Below, in pieces: positions 6,260 to 11,771 of a stretch of DNA of 11,771 nucleotides. The DNA lies in the NCBI GenBank assembly GCA_049314435.1, contig JBMOFD010000061.1:1-11771 (forward strand), given 5' to 3'. Source of the DNA: Chlamydiia bacterium. Its GTDB lineage: Bacteria; Chlamydiota; Chlamydiia; Chlamydiales; JBMOFD01. A program made the translations under genes and the position numbers. The stretch's first letter is position 1; every line of letters begins with the position of its first letter. The notes under the pieces were generated by a model. The model was not told the origin of the DNA. It searched no databases and saw only the letters and a program-made list of their open reading frames with translations.

Positions 6260-8368
6260 ATGCGGATTCGTTGGACGTGCCTGATCTTCGGCCTACTGAG
6301 CTCCTCCATATGCGCATTTGGATGGCAGCCTGAGGTCGAGATCCGGCTCATCCACCCTACCCTAGCTCATGGTGTCCTCTCTACGGAGTTTGGGGGCGTC
6401 CTGGAACAGGGCGACCTACGGATCCAAGCAAGGCGCATCTCCTACGCACATAGCCTATCGACTCAGCCGATCTCGATGCTGGATGCTTCAGGCGACCTCG
6501 CTGTGGAGTCTAGCGGTCGTCTCTTCGTGGGGGAATCTCTCTCCTACGACTTCTTGACCCACGAGGGAGAGATCGTCGATGGAAGGACCCAATATGGATC
6601 GTGGTACCTGTCGGGATCGCGGATCCTACTCCACGCTGATGGCAGCTTTGAGGTCTTCGATGCCAAGCTCACCACCTGTGAGCAGGCTCACGGCTCTTTA
6701 GAATTAGCCGCCTCCAAACTGCTCCTCTTGAAAGGTGGAACGCTCAGCGCCCAGAACCTGCGGGTGCAAGTGTTCGATCTCCCGTTGGTCTGGTTCCCCG
6801 CTCTAAAGGCTAAGCTGAAGAGTCTCCCCCGCTTCCCAGTGCAGTATAAGTTCTATTGGCGAGGACCTCAGGGCCCGATGGCCAGCATGCGCTATCGACT
6901 GATCTCCTGGACCGGTGGCTATCTAGGGCTCCGTTTAGACTATCTGATCCGCAAGGGGTGGGGAGGAGCTCTCGAGGTCACACACGTGACTCCTGATGAC
7001 TCCACCAAGATCCTCAGCCGCAACTATCTGGCCACCGACTCTAGCCTCAACTGCTCTTGCCCAGAGCGGCGCTTCCGTGTGGAGGGTCTCCTTCGCACAA
7101 AATGGCGGGATGGGCGCACCACCAGCTATATCCAATGGGACAAACTGTCCGATGCGGACATGGCCTCCGACTACCCCGAGTCCTACTTTGACTTGCAGGT
7201 CCCTCTCCGCACGGAGTGGTACAACACCCACACGCGCAACAACTTCATCGTGAATTTCGATGGCCGCCTGCGGGTGAATAACTACCAGACAGTGAACCAG
7301 CTCCTTCCCGCTCTGCAGGTAGTTCCCCTCCCCATGCGAGGGGGATGGGGTCGTGGATTCCTCCACGCCCCCATACGTCTGGCCTTCCAGGACTACCAGT
7401 ACGCTCGATGCATACCATTGCCTGGCTTTCATAGCGGACGCATCTCCTTTGTGCCACGGATGAGCTGGCCCATGGCCGCCAAGGGATTGCTTGTTACACC
7501 GAGTGCAGGCTTCAGAGGGGTGTACTATTCCGACTCACCGTGCGAGGACCCTGTTTGGGCCACTCAAGCTCTTGCCAACGTCGATGCGAGATACCCATTG
7601 GCGCGGAGGTTTAGTCTGGGTGAGCATCGTTTGGAGCCCTATATCCACTGGGACTACAGTAGCGCTCCCGGACTCCCCTTCAACCACCAATTCCTCTTCG
7701 ACATCCAAGATGGGTACCATCAGCTGAGTATCCTGCGTCTGGGCGCACTCTCGACCTGGCGACCGTGGCGTAGCGATTGGATCTCTCAATGGAGGGCAAA
7801 TGTCTATGCCGACGCCTTCTTAGCAGACAGCCCCTACTTCGACCGCATTCCCAAGGCCTTCTGTGAACTAGAAGGAGGCGGGCCCCGTCTCTCCGTGAAC
7901 TGTCTGGCCGGCTGGGACTTTGTGCATCGTCTTGTCGATACGTTCAATCTCACAGTCGGCTGGACCTGCAATGAAGACATCGCCATCAAGGCGGAATTGA
8001 GGCATCGCAGCCCCTGGGCCTGGCGTAAAGCCAACTGGGACTCGTACGTCTTGGACTGCAGCGTATCGCCTGATCTACTGGTGGACTCACCGCTCTCCGA
8101 TCCACGCACAGCGGCTCTCATGCAGACCTTCCTGCGCTTCACACCGACCATCAGTGCTCGGGCTCAAGCCTACGCGATCTGGGGACGACCTTGTGAGCCA
8201 GCCACTCACGGGATCCGACTCGACGTCTTTAGCCTACTCTCTTGTAACATCATGCTGAAGGGTACGGCCGAGTTCACCAACTTGGAGTCGCGATTCGCCA
8301 TTAGCTTAGCGCTCACCAACACCTCGCAAGCACCTCGTCCTCTGAACCCCTTCAAGGTCGTCCGTTAA
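6260..8368 (+). CDS. lptD: LPS-assembly outer membrane protein LptD/OstA-like, 702 aa
   Basis: Signal peptide; N-terminal beta-jellyroll-like region with the LptD-type motif AKLTTC...LELAASKL...AQNLRVQVFDLPLVWFP; KLSDADMASDY resembles the LptD barrel SD..Y motif; aromatic-rich amphipathic strands follow. It starts 3 nt after the HEAT lipoprotein stop. Confidence 0.75.
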   Translation: MRIRWTCLIFGLLSSSICAFGWQPEVEIRLIHPTLAHGVLSTEFGGVLEQGDLRIQARRISYAHSLSTQPISMLDASGDLAVESSGRLFVGESLSYDFLTHEGEIVDGRTQYGSWYLSGSRILLHADGSFEVFDAKLTTCEQAHGSLELAASKLLLLKGGTLSAQNLRVQVFDLPLVWFPALKAKLKSLPRFPVQYKFYWRGPQGPMASMRYRLISWTGGYLGLRLDYLIRKGWGGALEVTHVTPDDSTKILSRNYLATDSSLNCSCPERRFRVEGLLRTKWRDGRTTSYIQWDKLSDADMASDYPESYFDLQVPLRTEWYNTHTRNNFIVNFDGRLRVNNYQTVNQLLPALQVVPLPMRGGWGRGFLHAPIRLAFQDYQYARCIPLPGFHSGRISFVPRMSWPMAAKGLLVTPSAGFRGVYYSDSPCEDPVWATQALANVDARYPLARRFSLGEHRLEPYIHWDYSSAPGLPFNHQFLFDIQDGYHQLSILRLGALSTWRPWRSDWISQWRANVYADAFLADSPYFDRIPKAFCELEGGGPRLSVNCLAGWDFVHRLVDTFNLTVGWTCNEDIAIKAELRHRSPWAWRKANWDSYVLDCSVSPDLLVDSPLSDPRTAALMQTFLRFTPTISARAQAYAIWGRPCEPATHGIRLDVFSLLSCNIMLKGTAEFTNLESRFAISLALTNTSQAPRPLNPFKVVR

Positions 8369-9906
8369 GCAGCTTGCCAGGGCTCCAGATGGCCTTTGGC
8401 ATAAGTGTATCCAACACGTTGATCGATGAAACACTTCACCAGGCCAGGATCGAGATGGCCCTCATCGGCCATCTGCTGAAGGACCTTCTCAGCGTCCGAG
8501 ACCTTGGCTGGCTTCCGGTAAGGCCGGTCTGGAGCCGTGAGAGCCTCAAAGATATCCGCTAACGGCAGGATGCGACTGCTGAGATCCATTTCACGCGTGT
8601 TCAGGTGGTTGGGATATCCATGGCCATTGCACCACTCGTGGTGGTTCCGTGCAATCACTGGGATGTCACTGAGAGCTCCCGCAAAGGGAATACGACGAAG
8701 GAGCTCATAAGAGCGCATCGGATGCTGGGCTATCTCCCTTCGATCCGCCTCGCTGAGGGTCCCATGTTCCGTGCAGAGGCTCTCCGTCTCTTCTGGGGTG
8801 ATCACAGGCATCGGATGGCCGTTGTCTAGGTAATTCCGGCTGGCAGCCAGTCTCCGAATGCGCTGGGCATCCTCTGGAGTCACCGTAGTGCCCTGATCAT
8901 CACAACGACGGATGAACTCCAGCTCTTCTGCTGGATCGACCGGGCCCTGCAACCCCAGCCCCTGCATTCCAACGCTTTGACCTCCAGCTAAGAGCCCCGC
9001 CTGCAGAGCCATGATCTGATAGCGTAGTGCGATGAGGTCGACTCCATCCAGAGTCGCCCACAGACGTGTCTTCTTATCGAGCAATCGGTCGGGAATAGAG
9101 ATCTTACCCACGTCATGCAGCAGGGCGGCGAGACGGAGAGCCTCGATCTGCTCATCGGTCAGCCGCTCGCCACGATCGGCGCTCTGACGGTTCACAGCAT
9201 GGGCGATCTCCACCGCTAGAACAGGCACCCGGCGAGAATGGCGACCTGTATGAGGTGATCGCTGGTCCACTGCGTCGGCTAAGACGTTGATGGTCGCCTC
9301 AAACATCCCCTGGTAGTCTGCTAGGAGCTGCGTGTTGGTCAAAAAGATGGCCGCCTGACTCGCCAAGGCTTCCGCCAAATGCACGTCCTCTAAGGAGAAA
9401 GGAGAGGGCTTTCCCTTCTCGTCCAGGCGATTGATGAGCTGCAGGACCGCGATGCATCCCTTGCGGTGATCCATAAGCGGAACAGTGAGGAAGGACTTGG
9501 AGCGGTACCCTAAGATCTGGTCCATCGCTCGCATGCCGCTGAAGTCAAACCCTTCCGACTCATAAGCGTCGGCAAGGTTCACGGTATGACGCATGTGAAA
9601 GGCGAAGGCACATACGTTCGCTAGATTGGGCTGACCTGTCGGCAATGAGAGAGGGATGTCGGGGTAGTCACAGGGCGCTGCTGTGCCCCCACATCGAAGA
9701 CCCAAAGAGCTGTTGCGAAGGATAGAAAAATGAAGACCGCGCTGTGGAGTGACCTGATAGAGAGTTCCCCCATCAGCTCGAGTCAGCTCAATCGCCCCCT
9801 CGAGAATCTTCTCCAACAGTCGCGGCTCATCTTGGATCACAGAGAGCGCTCGCGCTAGGTCCACCAACCGATCCAGCTGCTGCACCAGACGCTCGTATCT
9901 CTCCAC
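8365..9906 (-). CDS. GAF domain + HD-GYP domain metal-dependent phosphodiesterase (putative cyclic dinucleotide PDE)
   Basis: N-terminal GAF (ILEGAIELTRADGGTLY...YRSKSFLTVPL...VLQLIN...FSLEDVHLAEALASQAA). HD-GYP motifs: SPHTGRHSRRV, AALLHDVGK, HHEWCNGHGYP, ADIFEALTAPDRPYRK. A long insertion lies between the HD and HHE motifs. GTG start after GGAGG. Its stop overlaps the lptD stop in a shared TTAA (8365-8368). Confidence 0.92.
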   Translation of the reverse strand: MERYERLVQQLDRLVDLARALSVIQDEPRLLEKILEGAIELTRADGGTLYQVTPQRGLHFSILRNSSLGLRCGGTAAPCDYPDIPLSLPTGQPNLANVCAFAFHMRHTVNLADAYESEGFDFSGMRAMDQILGYRSKSFLTVPLMDHRKGCIAVLQLINRLDEKGKPSPFSLEDVHLAEALASQAAIFLTNTQLLADYQGMFEATINVLADAVDQRSPHTGRHSRRVPVLAVEIAHAVNRQSADRGERLTDEQIEALRLAALLHDVGKISIPDRLLDKKTRLWATLDGVDLIALRYQIMALQAGLLAGGQSVGMQGLGLQGPVDPAEELEFIRRCDDQGTTVTPEDAQRIRRLAASRNYLDNGHPMPVITPEETESLCTEHGTLSEADRREIAQHPMRSYELLRRIPFAGALSDIPVIARNHHEWCNGHGYPNHLNTREMDLSSRILPLADIFEALTAPDRPYRKPAKVSDAEKVLQQMADEGHLDPGLVKCFIDQRVGYTYAKGHLEPWQAA

Positions 9907-9925
9907 AGTCCCCTCCCCACGCCTC

Positions 9926-9954
9926 AGGCTATGAGATCACTCTTTTATAGTAAA
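9926..9954 (-). promoter_or_regulatory. Candidate sigma70/sigma66-type promoter for the HD-GYP gene
   Basis: TTTACT (9954-9949), a 17-bp spacer, then TAGCCT (9931-9926), about 20 nt upstream of the GTG. Confidence 0.35.
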
Positions 9955-10000
9955 TATTCCCAAGACACGCCCCAGAGGCAGGTCCTGTTTTCCAACAATC

Positions 10001-10324
10001 TCATCGTCGGCAGTCGTAGGAGTTGTTAGGGGAATTCGGCACCTGACGAAGTGTGTAGCCGGGCATGCAATAGAGGCATCCTACCACATGCGTGGCCAGG
10101 CTGGTTGCTTGGAACCCCGCCGGACATTGGTTAGTTGCGGGCATAGCTGTCGTGCACTTCTGTTTCGTACAGTTGCAAATCAGATCCTTCCGAGTCGGAC
10201 ATGGTCCAGACTGAGCGGTCCCTGTCGGAGTCCACCCATGGCCCATACCTGGCAGAGAGGCGATCGAAAGCACAACCAGGGTAAGGCAGGCTCTCTTGGT
10301 TCGGTGCAGACTCTCATGCTTCAT
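10001..10324 (-). CDS. Small secreted cysteine-rich protein, array member D (107 aa)
   Basis: Basic n-region and hydrophobic signal peptide. The mature part has 8 Cys in the shared pattern: PC, CNC, KC, CPAG, CLYCMPGY, YDC. Confidence 0.8.
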   Translation of the reverse strand: MKHESLHRTKRACLTLVVLSIASLPGMGHGWTPTGTAQSGPCPTRKDLICNCTKQKCTTAMPATNQCPAGFQATSLATHVVGCLYCMPGYTLRQVPNSPNNSYDCRR

Positions 10325-10351
10325 TCTTCCGACCTTATTGTTAATTGTGGT

Positions 10352-10741
10352 CTAGAAATGGGACCCGCTGAAGGGGTTACTGCGTTCATGACTCGCCGAC
10401 GGCAGCACACACTCGTATGAGGCTGAGGCCGTGATGGGCTTCAGGACGTAGTGGCTGTCTTCGCAGGCAAGGCAAGTCCATCCGCCCGGCTGACTCGGGG
10501 CTGTCAGTTGCGCAAATTCAAGCGCTTTCCCGTCAGACCCTTTCGCTGTGGGTGTAGGACAGTGCAGCCCAGCACCGCTTCCTATAGGAGTTGCAGTGCA
10601 AACGCCTTTATCACAAAGACAATTAGACAGCCCGTCACAGGGACTTGCTGCCTGCCCAGCCGATGCCACAGAGATGATCCCGGCCATAGCCAGGGTCGTG
10701 AAGAACTTCCCAATTCTTTGAGGGCCATCTTTTGTTCTCAT
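10352..10741 (-). CDS. Small secreted cysteine-rich protein, array member C (129 aa)
   Basis: Signal peptide MRTKDGPQRIGKFFTTLAMAGIISVASAGQA; 8 Cys (PC, CLC, VC, HCP, CLAC, YEC); GAGG upstream of the ATG; close paralog of member B. Confidence 0.85.
   Translation of the reverse strand: MRTKDGPQRIGKFFTTLAMAGIISVASAGQAASPCDGLSNCLCDKGVCTATPIGSGAGLHCPTPTAKGSDGKALEFAQLTAPSQPGGWTCLACEDSHYVLKPITASASYECVLPSASHERSNPFSGSHF
10612..10708. repeat. Direct repeat, copy 1 (shared 5' coding region of members B and C)
   Basis: 95 of 97 nt identical to 11130-11226 (offset 518). Looser similarity continues through the start codon and the upstream CCTCGCTTAAGGGTT. Confidence 0.95.
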
Positions 10742-10770
10742 CTAACACCTCGCTTAAGGGTTTTTAACAA

Positions 10771-10791
10771 AGGGTGCTGGGCGAGCACCCT
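10771..10791 (-). terminator. Stem-loop between members B and C (terminator/attenuator or processing signal)
   Basis: Perfect 8-bp inverted repeat AGGGTGCT-n5-AGCACCCT, followed on the minus strand by TTGTT. Confidence 0.45.
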
Positions 10792-10872
10792 CCTCCCGTC
10801 GTTCGCTACACAAACAATCTCTCCCAACAACGACCCTCGACCCGAACAGAGGTCCGAGGGACTCTTCTGCCC

Positions 10873-11259
10873 CTATTCTTGCGTGTATTGGAAGGTTACA
10901 CCACGGTCATGACTTGTTGATGGCTGCACACACTCATACTGAGGAGGCGAGCCTGGGGCGGCGGCCGACAAGGGCTTCAGGATATAAGTACTGTCTTTAC
11001 AGGCAACGCAAGTCGATGCCTGTGGGGCACCCGGCTGGTTCGAAATCGGCGCCGTTTTTTGCTCAAACCCTTTAGGGCAATGCATGTCTGCACCGGTCCC
11101 AACGGGCGCTGCAGTGCAAACGTCGCTACCACAAAGACAATTAGACAGCCCGTCACAGGGACTTGCTGCCTGCCCAACCGATGCCACAGAGATGATCCCG
11201 GCCATAGCCAGAGTCGTGAAGAACTTTCCGATACCTTGAGGACCATGTTTTGTTCTCAT
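10873..11259 (-). CDS. Small secreted cysteine-rich protein, array member B (128 aa)
   Basis: Signal peptide nearly identical to member C; 8 Cys (PC, CLC, VC, HCPKG, CVAC, YEC). ATG 11259 with GAGG 7 nt upstream (the ORF track starts at TTG 11262). Confidence 0.85.
   Translation of the reverse strand: MRTKHGPQGIGKFFTTLAMAGIISVASVGQAASPCDGLSNCLCGSDVCTAAPVGTGADMHCPKGFEQKTAPISNQPGAPQASTCVACKDSTYILKPLSAAAPGSPPQYECVQPSTSHDRGVTFQYTQE
11130..11226. repeat. Direct repeat, copy 2 (shared 5' coding region of members B and C)
   Basis: 95 of 97 nt identical to 10612-10708. Confidence 0.95.
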
Positions 11260-11287
11260 CAAACAACCTCGCTTAAGGGTTCTTGAC

Positions 11288-11310
11288 AGAGGGCTCTAAA
11301 CGAACCCTCT
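11288..11310 (-). terminator. Stem-loop between members A and B
   Basis: Minus strand AGAGGGTTC-gttta-GAGCCCTCT, 9 bp including one G-U, 9 nt after the member A stop. The U-tract is weak. Confidence 0.35.
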
Positions 11311-11319
11311 ATCGGTCGG

Positions 11320-11766
11320 CTAGTGGCATGAACACGTGCGTGGGGTTGTGCCAGCACAAATCACCGTCTCACCCGATGGACAACACAGATACCCGTGTGG
11401 TGTGCCCGGAACGACAGTAACGACAGTGCTGGGGATCTCTTTGGGCGAATACCCCGTCGCGCAAGTCTGACATACAGCGAAAGTCTCCTGCCACTCCCCA
11501 TTTGGACCTAGCACGGTCGGCCACTGCGCCTTGACGGACCCAGACGGACATTGCTGAGATGGCTGAAGAAGCCCTACTGAAGGGTGTGTCACACACATGC
11601 CATTCGGCGCCGTTGTATCGCATTGACATGACCAGTCAGAGTAGCGCTTCTGGCAGGAGACCTCACCGCAAAAATCGGTCCACCCAAGGGCCGGCATACA
11701 GGTCACCCCAGCCACAGCCAGGGCCGCAAAGAATCTTCGTATTCTAGGATCACGCTTTGCTCTCAT
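11320..11766 (-). CDS. Small secreted cysteine-rich protein, array member A (148 aa)
   Basis: Signal peptide MRAKRDPRIRRFFAALAVAGVTCMPALG resembles those of B and C. It has the same 8-Cys core (SC, CQC, MC, CPSG, CQTCATGY, YLC) plus 5 extra Cys. The RBS would lie outside the window. Confidence 0.82.
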   Translation of the reverse strand: MRAKRDPRIRRFFAALAVAGVTCMPALGWTDFCGEVSCQKRYSDWSCQCDTTAPNGMCVTHPSVGLLQPSQQCPSGSVKAQWPTVLGPNGEWQETFAVCQTCATGYSPKEIPSTVVTVVPGTPHGYLCCPSGETVICAGTTPRTCSCH

Positions 11767-11771
11767 AGAAG

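Noticed and set aside
10612..11226. 97-bp direct repeats as CRISPR, IS ends or a DGR template/variable repeat pair
   Set aside because: There are only two copies, both in frame within paralogous genes at their 5' ends, and no cas, transposase or reverse transcriptase gene is present.
11725..11745. RRFF in the member A signal peptide as a Tat motif
   Set aside because: Paralogs B and C have GKFF at the same position, so the twin arginine is not conserved; Sec export is more parsimonious.
10001..11766. Cys-rich array as RiPP precursors, c-type cytochromes or ferredoxins
   Set aside because: No CxxCH or ferredoxin spacing, no double-glycine leader, and no modifying enzymes or transporters in the window.

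Overview
This window is most likely from a GC-rich member of the Chlamydiota (sampled lines about 57-58% GC). The assignment is inferred from the maf - HEAT-repeat lipoprotein - lptD-like gene order and from Inc-like membrane proteins. From left to right: the 5' part of a Ser-rich, T3SS-effector-like gene (minus, runs off the window); an AT-rich divergent promoter region; a densely base-paired ~150-nt segment; menE (o-succinylbenzoate-CoA ligase); three tandem paralogous Inc-like genes with bilobed hydrophobic domains (minus); a second hairpin-dense intergenic segment; the maf / HEAT lipoprotein / lptD operon (plus); a convergent GAF + HD-GYP phosphodiesterase (minus); and a tandem array of at least four small secreted proteins (minus). 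These four share an 8-cysteine framework (C..CxC..C..CP..CxxC..YxC), with conserved leaders and hypervariable inter-cysteine loops. The Cys-rich array is the best candidate for an undescribed system. The Inc-like cluster and the structured leader at the start of menE come next.
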